A stretch of 63,800 bases of DNA, filler included, from Octopus bimaculoides (taxonomy: Eukaryota), in NCBI RefSeq assembly GCF_001194135.2. It is 6 parts of 6 records of this genome, joined end to end, with 100 filler letters (N's around TTAATTAATTAA, not from the genome) between each part and the next. Parts side by side here need not be neighbours in the genome. Positions count along the whole stretch, not along the records: positions 16,371 to 45,314 come from NC_068981.1; positions 45,415 to 50,979 come from NC_068998.1; 4 more parts are not named here. The stretch is one strand, 5' to 3'. The notes below the pieces were generated by a model. The model was not told the origin of the DNA and did not search any database. It saw nothing but the letters and a program-made list of their open reading frames with translations. Each line of letters begins with the position of its first letter. Positions within the stretch are counted from its first letter, which is position 1. This document shows, piece after piece, positions 35,112 through 46,568 of the stretch. Position numbers and translations under genes: made by a program.

Positions 35112-35518
35112 ACTCTTTTACTCGTTTCAGTCATTTGACTGCGGCCATGCTGGAGCACTGCCTTTAGTCGAGCAAATCGACCCCAGGACTTATTCTTTGT
35201 AAGCCCGGTACTTATTCTATCGGTCTCTTTTGCCGAACCGCTAAGTTATGGAGACATAAACACACCAGCATCAGTTGTCAAGCGATGTTGGGTGGACAAA
35301 CACAGACACACAAACACACACATGCATATATATACATATACATATATATATGACAGGCTTCTTTTCAGTTTCCATCTACCAAATCCACTCACAAGGCTTT
35401 GGTCGGCCCAAGGCTATAGTAGAAGACACTTGCTCAAGGTGCCACGCACTGGGACTGAACCCAGAACCATGTGGTTGGTAAGCAAGCTACTTACAACACA
35501 GCCACTCCTGCGCCTATG
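35112..35518 (-). mobile_element. SINE family C, full length (tRNA head + CORE-like domain + internal (CA)/(TA) tract)
   Basis: The minus strand starts GGCGCAGGAGTGGCTGTGTTGTAAGTAGCTTGCTTACCAACCACATGGTTCTGGGTTCAGTCCC and ends GACTGAAACGAGTAAAAGAG. Confidence 0.88.
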
Positions 35519-36139
35519 GGTAGTTTTGTGCAAAGTTCACAAGAGTATCACATCCAATTCACTAATCATTCCTTCCACCTCTTCAATTTCTTCTCTTAAT
35601 CCCAGCTCCTTCCAGCTCATTTTTTCAAAGTGGACTATGTCTCTCTTGTTGTTATCCCTCAAGAAAATGGCCTCCTGTCCCTAAAATCCTTTTTTTACTA
35701 TTGTAATACACTCAACTGTTGCACCCCTAGTCTCTCTTGCTTTTCTCAAATTTTCCCCACCTTCAACTACATCAACTCATTCGTGGTCACTTGAAGTCCA
35801 AATATTCACTCAATTAACTGGATCCATATGAATCTTACACTGACAACCATAGCACCACATCCCTTATCCATGAACAGCTCTTTTTTTTTATCCCTTTTGT
35901 TAACTCCTTCAATTCTGCTGTATATTTCGCAACCACCTTCTTCATCACCTCTTTATAACTTTCCAGAATTTCTGCTTCTGTTGACAGCCATGAGCTGTTC
36001 TTTCCTTTCTTTTACAATTTCCCAGACTCCAATTCTTATCTCAGCTTCCTCTGAGCCCACTCCACTTTAACTAATTTGTGTGATTCCTTTACCTTCACTG
36101 CCTCTGTAACTCTAATTTTCATAGTCAGTCATACCATAT

Positions 36140-36503
36140 GGTCAACAATTTCCTACAACAGTGCCCCCTGACTGGCTCCTGTGCCGGTAGCACATAAAAA
36201 GCACCATCCAAACATGGTCAATGCTAGTGCCCCTTGACTGGCTTCCATGCCGGTGGCACGTAAAAAGCACCATCCGAACGTGGTCGATGCCAGTGCCCCC
36301 TGACTGACTCCTGTGCTGGTGGCATGTAAAAAGCACCCACTACACTCTTGGAGTGGTTGGCATTAGGAAGGGCATCCAGCTGTAGAAACCTTGCCAGATC
36401 AGATTGGAACCTGGTACAGCCTTCTGGTTTGACAGTCCTCAATCAAACCGTCCAACCCATGCCAGTTTGGAAGGCAGATGTTAAACAGAGAGATGATGAT
36501 GAT
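36140..36503 (+). mobile_element. RTE 3'-UTR-derived element (family D) with three 66-bp repeats
   Basis: Units start at 36161, 36227 and 36293. These are followed by AGGAAGGGCATCCAGCTGTAGAAAC and a (GAT)n tail. Confidence 0.85.
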
Positions 36504-36589
36504 GGCTATCTCCAAACAGAGTTGTCTTCAGGCATAGGCACACTTGGCAGTTGCTCAGAAGCCGTATGGGGTTAGGGACCCAATACTTA

Positions 36590-37030
36590 ATCTATGTATG
36601 CTGTGGTCTGCCGTTTGCTACCAATAAATAAATGCAAAATCCCCAGTGCATTGATTTGCCAAGAGGCTCATAAAGCTGTAAAAAAAAGCCTTGTTCCTAA
36701 CCAGCCATTAACATTACCTGCTGCCAGATCCATGCTGTTAAGCTTTCTCTGTTCCTCCCTGCCTCATGTCCCTCCACCCCCAACTCCCTTTCATCTACCT
36801 CTTATCTCCCATCCCACCACCTTACCTCTGCAACGCCCTATCCTACAAATCCTCCATTTCCTCCAATCTGATCCTGCTATCTTCCACATCATCTACGAAC
36901 ACTATGTTTCCCTTCTCCCTTTTTTTCAGATACCTTGTGACTGCTTGTCTAAATCAGTCGAACCTTCTCATAAACATTGCACGAAAATACACTCTTGTTC
37001 TTCAATAGGCAAAACATTTATTACTACATA
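36590..37030 (+). mobile_element. Possible Penelope-like RT-EN linker remnant
   Basis: LPLISHPTTLPLQRPILQILHFLQSDP resembles the PLE linker motif IPLVLTYHP..L.IQ.IIL..F..LQ.DP. Confidence 0.4.
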
Positions 37031-37269
37031 GCTGCTATTTTGTGATTCATGTTGTAAATCCAATATTCATAGAATGTTGTTTTGTAATATAGTAAGATAT
37101 TTATACATTAAGTGATGGTTTTTGAATTTTACAACATTTTGGCCTTGTTTATGAAATAACTAAGCTTTGCTTTATGGTAGCTTCAAGGCATCATAAACAA
37201 ATATATTTCATGCAGTGTCCTTTCTGTGGCCTATTGATGAAGGCAGCATATATATTGCTGTATATACAC

Positions 37270-37810
37270 TGGTGTGGCTCTATGGTTAAAAAATTCACTT
37301 CACAATCCCATAGTCTCAGGTTCAGTCCCACTGCACAGTATATTTGGCAAGTACCTCCTACTATAGCCCCTGGTCAACCAATACCATGTGAGTGACTTTG
37401 GCAAATGGAAACTCATGAGGTTTGATTTTTTAAAACATCCTGTAATCTGGGGTAACTTTGGTAAAAAGAGACTGATTAAATTAGACTTTAAATAAATACC
37501 AGGGGTGATTTGACCAACTGAAACTTTTCAGGGTGGTGCTCCAGCATGGCTGCCGTCCAATGATTGAAACAAGAAAAAGAAATAAAGTCTGTCTTCCAGA
37601 AATATAATAATCACTTGAATTACATGTATGGAGGTGGGGCATAGGTGCAGAAATGACTGTGTAGTAATAAGCTTGCTTCCCAACCACATGGTTCTGAGTT
37701 CAGTTCCACAGCATGGCACCTTGAAAAAGTGTTTTCTACTGTAACCTATAACCTCAAGCTATAGTAGTGAGTGGATTTGGTAGAGGGAAACTGAAAGAAT
37801 CTCATTGTAT
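37270..37810 (+). mobile_element. Cluster of SINE family C fragments
   Basis: Heads at ~37270-37410 and ~37640-37810, and a 3' fragment at ~37495-37580. Confidence 0.7.
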
Positions 37811-38256
37811 ATCTATAATATAAATCCTGTTCTGTGTGTGTGTGTAAAAGATTATACCAGCTGTATTTTTCAACTGATTTTCTCCAAACTGGGAACCTAC
37901 ATTATTTATGCTCTAGGGATGGTTTTAGATTCTTAAAATTTTTCACATAATGAGTAATGGACTCTCTGGGGGCAGAAAACACCCGTTCCTGGATTACGTG
38001 GAGATGGGAGGTAACTCTTTGTGAACTAACTTTCAGAAATTGATTGTCACCCTTACGTCCATTGGTCATAAAAAAGTAAAAATATTGCTTTTATATTAGA
38101 ATTACATCTTTGAAAGTTTTTAAAAATATTTACTTCTGGCTGTCTAGTGTCATTGACATCTATATCTCTCTATCCTTCTCTCTCTATATCTCCCTATCTA
38201 TATCTCTCTATTCGTCTCTATCTCTATTTATCTATCTGTATCTAACTGTCTATATC

Positions 38257-38316
<60 letters not shown>

Positions 38317-38730
38317 ATCTATCTTATTTGTCTAACTAGCTAGCTCTTTCTCTCCCCCCCTCTTTCTCTCCCCCCCTCTTTCTCTCCCCCCTCTTTCTAT
38401 ATCTCACCNNNNNNNNNNNNNNNNNNNNNNNNNNNNNNNNNNNNNNNNNNNNNNNNNNNNNNNNNNNNNNNNNNNNNNNNNNNNNNNNNNNNNNNNNNNN
38501 NNNNNNNNNNNNNNNNNNNNNNNNNNNNNNNNNNNNNNNNNNNNNNNNNNNNNNNNNNNNNNNNNNNNNNNNNNNNNNNNNNNNNNNNNNNNNNNNNNNN
38601 NNNNNNNNNNNNNNNNNNNNNNNNNNNNNNNNNNNNNNNNNNNNNNNNNNNNNNNNNNNNNNNNNNNNNNNNNNNNNNNNNNNNNNNNNNNNNNNNNNNN
38701 NNNNNNNNNNNNNNNNNNNNNNNNNNNNNN

Positions 38731-39919
38731 AATCCATACACTTAGTTAATTTTCGTAAAAATTTCTTATTTACTTTTGCAACGGTTTTGTGTTTTTCTGT
38801 TGCTAACGGCTTTTTTTTTTATGGTTCCTTCGATACTGGCTCTTTGGTTCGTTGACAAATTTCACTTCAATCTGTACAATTTTTTATTTTCCATAAAAAT
38901 TTCTTATTTACTTTCTGCCTGTTGTATTAAGAAATATAATTTCCGTTACCCAGTTATTTTCATTGTTTACTATCTTCCGCACCCATGTATTTCTGTATAC
39001 GTATATAACCATGCCTAGAAGGAAAGTGTCAAATTTGTCTACAATGTCACGGTCAGCCAAAAGAATGTCTCTGTCCAGGGAAAGAGAGACAGCTGCAGAA
39101 AGGGAAGCATACCATGAAATGAACAGACAGTGCACTACAAAAGCCAGAGCATTTCAAAGTGATGAACAGACGTATACACAGCTGACAAGGAATAGGATCT
39201 CTACTGCAGAATGAAGAGCAGTTGCAATAGCTAGAGAAGCAACTTCTATGAAGCAGCTTTCAATTATGATCCAGCAGTTCGTTATGCAGATGACACTAGA
39301 GTTTCCATTGATGCAATGACAACTGAGTGCATACATTATAAAACAAGGAAGTGGCCTGGAGAGACACTTGTACTCTACTGCAGTGGTGAAAAGGTTAAGC
39401 TCCCTGCAATCCCCCAACATCCAGAGCCATTGAAGAAACTGCTGTCATCAACTGACCAAGATTTCAAGGACTTCCAAAACAAAATTAGACAATGCAATGC
39501 TGCACTACAGATGACATCCTTTGGAGCCACAAGAGATTTAACTGAGCCCGGATTCATGCAAACTTTCAAGATGCAAGGTCAGATTTATCATCGGATTGGC
39601 TCTCAACTATCTCTGTCAAATGAATCCCCCAAATCGGCCTTTCATTGTTTATAATCTGTACCTGTTTTTTGATTATGAAATAAGCTGCACAAAACGTGTT
39701 TTTGCATTATCTGTATTTACTTTATATACATATATGAGTTGAAAACTTACTTTTAACATTTCACTTAACGTCTATGTTCCATGCTGGTATGGGTTGGAGA
39801 GTTATTAATGTAGAAAGTTGGTATCTCAGCTACTAACAGTTAAGACCTGTGTAATGTAGATGGCGTTTTTAAATTTCATTATTCTCTTTAACCCGGGCAA
39901 TGCCAGGTATTTCTGCTAG
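38731..39919 (+). mobile_element. Internally deleted Helitron with N-terminal Rep/helicase coding remnant
   Basis: 39011-39654 translates MPRRKVSNLSTMSRSAKRM...AFNYDP...KWPGET...KVKLP...PEPLKKLL...NAALQMTSFGA...GFMQTFKMQGQIYHRIGS. The 3' end has the hairpin CCCGGGCAATGCCAGG, then CTAG|T at 39916-39920. Confidence 0.8.
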
Positions 39920-39930
39920 TACATATATAC

Positions 39931-39962
<32 letters not shown>

Positions 39963-40089
39963 ATATCTTTGTGTCTGTGTTTGTCCCCTACTATGTTTGA
40001 CAACTGCTGTTAGTTTGCTTACATCCCTGTAACTTAATAGTTCAGCAAAAGAGAATATAGAATAAATTCTTGGCTTTAAAAAAAATAAT

Positions 40090-40212
40090 AAATACTCTGC
40101 CAAATCAGACTGGAGCCTGGTGTTGCCATCCGGTTTCACCAGTCCTCAGTCAAATCGTCCAACCCATGCTAGCATGGAAAGCGGACGTTAAACGATGATG
40201 ATGATGATGATG
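40090..40212 (+). mobile_element. RTE 3'-UTR tail fragment (family D)
   Basis: CTCTGCCAAATCAGACTGGAGCC...CCCATGCTAGCATGGAAAGCGGACGTTAAACGATGATGATG. Confidence 0.8.
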
Positions 40213-41392
40213 GAATTGATCTGTTTCACTAAAATTCTTGAAAGATGGTGCTCCAGTATGGCCGCAGTCTAATGACTGAAATAAGTACAAGATAAAAGAT
40301 GGAAGATATCTATATACATATTTGTATATATATAAATAGATAGACAGACAGTCAGATGTAGATGTAGATGCATTGTTCATTGATTTTTCAGATGTCATTC
40401 TGTTAACGTTATCATTTATTATGTTATCAGTCTGAACTTGTCTTAAGTCTATTTGATCCTTCTCATAAACTTTCCATGAAAATACATGCTTGTATAGGAG
40501 AAATATAACGTCATCACCACCACCACCACCACCATAACCACCACCATTACCACCACCACCACCACAACCACCACCACCACCACCACCAGCACCATTACCA
40601 TCACTATCATCCTCAACCTCATCATCATCATTAGCATTGTACCACCACCACCACCACTACCACCACAACTATCCTCCTCCTCGTCGTTGTCATCATCATT
40701 AGCCTCATACCAGCTACCACTACTACTACCGCCACGGCTGCCGCCACCACCACCACCACTATCGTTACTATCACCACCATCACTACCACCACCACTCTCA
40801 CCACCACCACCATGATGATAGTGACAATGATGAAGATGTTACTGATATATAATATTTCTTAAATACAACAGAAGTGTACTTTAATGCAGATTTTATAAAA
40901 GTGCATATCATCATCATCATCGTCATCATCTCCTCCTCCTCCTCCTCCTCTTATGTCTTTGTCTCCATGTTGATACGCATTGAATGGTTTTTCTGCAGCA
41001 GTGTTTTATGATAGCCTCCTCCTATGACAAGGCCACACAGTGTATGACATAACAACACACATCCATAATACATCCATGCATACAGACATGCACACATACA
41101 CATACACATACACTCACATATATATATATATCCACTTACCTGATTACCTGTTTATCAAGTGGACATCCGATGTTTCATAACCCATCAGAAAATGAGGACA
41201 GACAGATGGTCACCAACACCGAATCTTCCACTGATGAAGAATATAACACTCAATGAAGAACTAGATGGATCACAGAGAAAAGATAATTTGGAAACAGAGG
41301 CTATGGCAGCTAAAAGATCTTTCAGTTAGAAGGAGGTTCAAAGAAGTTTGAGAGTGTCATGAACGTTAAGAAGAAGGAGATAAAGATTTGAG

Positions 41393-41863
41393 ATGGCAAA
41401 CTGGCAGAATCGTTAGCATTCCAGGGGAAATTCTAAGCGGTATTTTGTCTGCCGCTACGTTCTGAGTTCAAATTCTTATTTCTTTATTGCCCACAAGGGG
41501 TTAAACATAGAGGGGACAAACAAGGACAGATAAAAGGATTAAGTCGATTACATCGACCCCAGTACACAACTAGTACTTAATTTATTGACCCTGAGAGGAT
41601 GAAAGGCAAAGTTGACCTCGGCGGAATTTGAACTCAGAAAGTAACGGAAGATGAAATACTGCTAAGCATTTCGCTCAGCGTGCTAACGTTTCTTATTTCT
41701 TTATTGCCCACAAGGGGCTGAACAGAGGGGAAAAACAAGGACAGACAAAAGGATTAAGTCAATTACATCAACTCCAGTGCGTAACTGGTACCTAATTTAT
41801 TGACCCCCGAAAGGATGAAAGGCAAAGTTGACCTCGGCGGAATTTGAACTCAGAACGTAACGG
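41393..41863. mobile_element. Nested cluster of three family A SINEs (+ head 41393-41476; minus copies 41477-41692 and 41693-41863)
   Basis: The plus head is interrupted at AAATTC by TTATTTCTTTATTGCCCACAAGGGG (reverse 3' end), which recurs at 41693. Confidence 0.85.
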
Positions 41864-42278
41864 TTTAAGAGGGTTAAGAATGTGGATGAAGATGAAGTAG
41901 CTGATGTCCTCTTGGGGTTAAAAAATCGCAATAGAATCTGTTCGAACGGACAGCCATGTTAAAGTGGCTACGAATACTACTTGTCAGTACAACTACTGCA
42001 TTGATCTCTTAGATTTTAAAACAAGCATTTTTGGTTGTTCCAATTATCATTATTCCTCTGAATTTTTTGTGATTCTGTCCAAATAGTTTAAAATTGATGT
42101 AATGTTTTTGTTGATTGATTAAATGGAGCTGCTTGAAACGGCCGTAATGCATTGATTCCTGGACATCTTAGTTACTTATTTGCATTCTGTTCATCTAACA
42201 TGGAGCTGCGTAGACTATACTGAACTGGCTGGGTGCCTCAATTTAAGTACCTTATTCAATTGAATCTTAATTATATTA

Positions 42279-42321
<43 letters not shown>

Positions 42322-42994
42322 ATGTGTATATATATATATATATATATACNNNNNNNNNNNNNNNNNNNNNNNNNNNNNNNNNNNNNNNNNNNNNNNNNNN
42401 NNNNNNNNNNNNNNNNNNNNNNNNNNNNNNNNNNNNNNNNNNNNNNNNNNNNNNNNNATATATATATATATATATATATATACTCTTGGGCTGTGTGTAC
42501 AACTATTTATTTTTTTTGCTCAGGAGCCTAGGTGGAGGGTAAAGTTAAACAAAAGGGTCCAGTTCTGAGAGGATTAAGGACGTGAATGCAGAGGGTCAGT
42601 CAGTGAGATTGCATACCAAGGGAAACATGAGAAAAAGTAGTGAAAACTGATCTCAGAATATAGAACCTTATGAATGAAATGGTGAGTGATCATGACAATT
42701 GGTGAAATACTGTACAGGTAAAGAGCCATCTAACCCATGCGAACATGGGAAATAGATGTAAAAACTGATGCTGATGCTGATGATGATTTACATACATATG
42801 TCTGCATGCATGATCTGTTGGTTGTGCCATGTTAACTTGAAATGTAAGATAGAAAATAGAGAAACTGAGAAATTGAGTGTGTCAGGAAAGGTATGGACAT
42901 GTCTATATGAAAGGATAATGAATGATGGGTGAAAAATGTTGTGGGATGTTGATGGAGGGATCCCCCGTAATAAAGGAGAACTGAGAAACACATG

Positions 42995-43470
42995 GGAAGT
43001 GGTGGTGGTGAGGTGGGGAGGTTACACACATCTCGGAATGTTCAACAGCTCAGAAGAATTGAAGCGTTGAGACCAACGGTGATGTGCAGTACAGCAGACA
43101 TGTGCAAGCTGTGGCAGCAAGCAGGGATAGATGTTAAGATGTTGTTGGGAATGATGAAGATGGCGGTGGTGGGGGAGGCGGCGGCGGCGGCGGTGGTAGT
43201 GGTGATGATAATGGTGATGATGGCAGTGGTGGTAGTGGTGGGGGTTGTCGTCGTCGTGACGGTGATGCTGGTGATGGTGATGGTGTTGATGGTGTCAAGG
43301 GTGATGATAATGGTTTATGGTGGTGATGTGCTGCAGCTGATGATGATGATGATGATGATGAGATTGGTGAGGATCATGATGATGACGTTAGTGACAGTGA
43401 TGATTATGATGAAGATAATGATGATGATGTTGATGGTGATGTATTTTCTAGTGGTGGTTATAAGGATAAT
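42995..43470. repeat. Degenerate (GGT/GAT)n trinucleotide tract (similar (CAC)n tract at 40510-40830)
   Basis: Low-complexity triplet mosaic producing poly-V and poly-M ORFs. Confidence 0.85.
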
Positions 43471-43478
43471 ACACCAGC

Positions 43479-43527
<49 letters not shown>

Positions 43528-43619
43528 CAATGTATATATACATATACATACATACAAATATATATATGTATGTGTATATATAATATATGAATGTATACAT
43601 ACATATATATATATATGTA

Positions 43620-43678
<59 letters not shown>

Positions 43679-43738
43679 AGCATGTATATATATGCGTGTA
43701 TATATGTGTGTGCATATATTATATATGCATATGTATGT

Positions 43739-43789
<51 letters not shown>

Positions 43790-43913
43790 CCAATATATAA
43801 ACACACACACACAGACACATGTAAATGGAAAGGAAAAAAGAAGGGACAGAGTGAGAGAGAAAGAGGGGAGGAAAGAAGAAGAGAGGGAGCGAGTGAGAGG
43901 AAGGGAGAAAGTA

Positions 43914-43954
<41 letters not shown>

Positions 43955-44274
43955 TAACGCCTACCATGTAACTTCCAAAAGATATGTAGAAGTAGCACTT
44001 TCTATTGTCCTGGATCAACCATCTCCTGGGATTTGAATAACCTCTGTGATCTTATTCTTCTATCAAACTGAAATATTAGACATGACAAACTATGGATGTG
44101 TGGATATACATCAGATAACAAGAAGAAGAAGAAGAAGAAGAAGTAAAGGAGACAATAACATAGAGCTATCTGTACTGAAGGATTGAATCCTAACATATAA
44201 TATGAATGTGTGTGTGTGTGTGTATGTATGTATGAACATATATATGTAGGTGTGTATGCATGTGTGTGCGTGCT

Positions 44275-44311
<37 letters not shown>

Positions 44312-44648
44312 TATTTTCAACTGAGATTAAACTGGTCAGTCACTGTGAGGAATTGTATTCTTCAATTCCCTCAGTTATACATACATACATACATAAATAC
44401 TTATATAACATACATACATGCATACATATATATGCATATACATACATATACATACGTATATATATATGTGTGTGTGTGTATACATATATGTATATGTATA
44501 TTAGTATATGAATATATATATATTTATATATGTGTGTGCACACATGTGTGTGTTTGTATGTGTGTGTGTATAAAATATATACAGATCAATATCAGCTGAA
44601 GGCTGGGGAAGCACAATACACACACATCTGTATACACAGACTCTCATA

Positions 44649-44683
<35 letters not shown>

Positions 44684-44805
44684 ATATACAAAATAAATAA
44701 ACAAATAAATAAACCAATAAATAAATATCTATTCAATTCTCTACTGAGATGAAACTGGTCAGTCACTGTGAGGAATTGTATCTTCAATTCCCTCAATAAT
44801 ATATA

Positions 44806-44836
<31 letters not shown>

Positions 44837-44888
44837 GGTGCACAAAGATCAATCTCTACCAAGGATTAGAGAACTATAATGTGTATGC

Positions 44889-44921
<33 letters not shown>

Positions 44922-45110
44922 TACACAAATGTATATATATATATATACACAATCCTATAGACAGGTGCTGACTCATACATACACTTGCACACATTAGTAT
45001 TCAATTCTCTGCGTAAATCCAGATTTTTAACCTTCAGTATCCTCCGATGACTTGTGAGCCATAACAAACAGTTACACGCACACACACACACACTCACACA
45101 CAGACACAGA

Positions 45111-45154
<44 letters not shown>

Positions 45155-45204
45155 TATACATTTGTGTATATATATAGTTATGGTATATTTGCCAAATTTT
45201 TCAG

Positions 45205-45243
<39 letters not shown>

Positions 45244-45314
45244 CATATATACATACATACATATATATATATAAAAACCCAGCTGATTTCTTTGACAATA
45301 GCACTCAGCAGAAA

Positions 45315-45414
45315 NNNNNNNNNNNNNNNNNNNNNNNNNNNNNNNNNNNNNNNNNNNNTTAATTAATTAANNNNNNNNNNNNNNNNNNNNNNNNNNNNNN
45401 NNNNNNNNNNNNNN
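45315..45414. other. Artificial scaffold gap with TTAATTAATTAA linker
   Basis: 44 N + linker (45359-45370) + 44 N. Confidence 0.95.
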
Positions 45415-45752
45415 CATAACCTGATCTAACAGCTTGATGCCTCTGTAATTATTTGTATCTAAAGCGTCCCCTTTACCTTTGTAGCAGTTGACTATGATGC
45501 TGCTACACCAGTCATAGGGTATGACTCCTTCGTGTATCACCTGGTTCGTAATACGGGTGACTAGGCTATAGCCAACACTGCCAGATATTTTGAGCATCTC
45601 TGCAGTGATTCCTGATGGGCCGGGGGCTTTCCCGGTCTTCATACTCTTAATTACTTTATCTACCCTGGTACTATCAACTCGGATAGCTGGTCCCTCTATT
45701 GGGTCGACATAAGGCAGGCTCTCTTTCTCCCATTCATTCTCTTTATTCTCTT
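45415..45752 (-). mobile_element. RTE RT-region fragment (runs into gap)
   Basis: EWEKESLPYVDPIEGPAIRVDST...KTGKAPGPSGITAEMLK...DWCSSIIVNCYKGKGDALDTNNYRGIKLLDQVM. Confidence 0.9.
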
Positions 45753-45799
45753 TATATGCAGATTTAAATGTATATATATGCATATATGTATGTATATGT

Positions 45800-46530
45800 T
45801 CTCTTTACTCTTTTACTCTTTTACTTGTTTCAGTCATTTGACTGCGGCCATGCTTGAGCACCACCTTTAGTCGAGCAAATCGACCCAAGGACTTATTCTA
45901 TCGGGGGCGTAATCACACGGGGACGTAATCACACCAGCATCGATTGTCAAGCGATGTTGGGGGGACAAACACACACACACACACACATATATATACATAT
46001 ATATAACGGCCTTCTTTCAGTTTCCGTCTAGCAAAGCCACTCACAAGGCTTTGGTCGGCCCGAAGCTATAGTAGAAGACACTTCCCCAAGGTGCCATGCA
46101 GTGGGACTGAACCTGGAACCATGTGGTTGGTAAGCAAGCTACTTACCACACAGTCAATGTGTATATATGTATGTATATTATATGTATAAATATATGTATG
46201 CATGTATATACGTGTATATCTATGTGTACATATATATGTATATAGATGTATATGCATATATGTATATATTGGTTGTTAAGCGATGATGGGGCGGGACAAA
46301 CACAGACACAAGCATACACACACACACACACACACACAAGTATATATATACATATATATATATATATGTATGATGGGCTTCTTTCAGTTTCCGTCTACCA
46401 AATCCACTCACAAGGCTTTGGTTGGCACAAGGCTATAATAGGAGACACTGGCCAAAGGTGCCACGCAGTGGGACTGCACCCGGAACCATGTAATTGGTAA
46501 CCAAACTACTTACGACACAGCCATGCCTGT
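45800..46530 (-). mobile_element. Two family C SINEs (45800-46155 and ~46265-46530)
   Basis: Both are colinear with 35112-35518. Confidence 0.8.
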
Positions 46531-46568
46531 GCCTATATATGTATATATGTATATACATATCTGCATAT

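Noticed and set aside
35520-36140. Purine-rich minus-strand stretch suggestive of a LINE ORF1
   Set aside because: No motif could be recognised in any frame.
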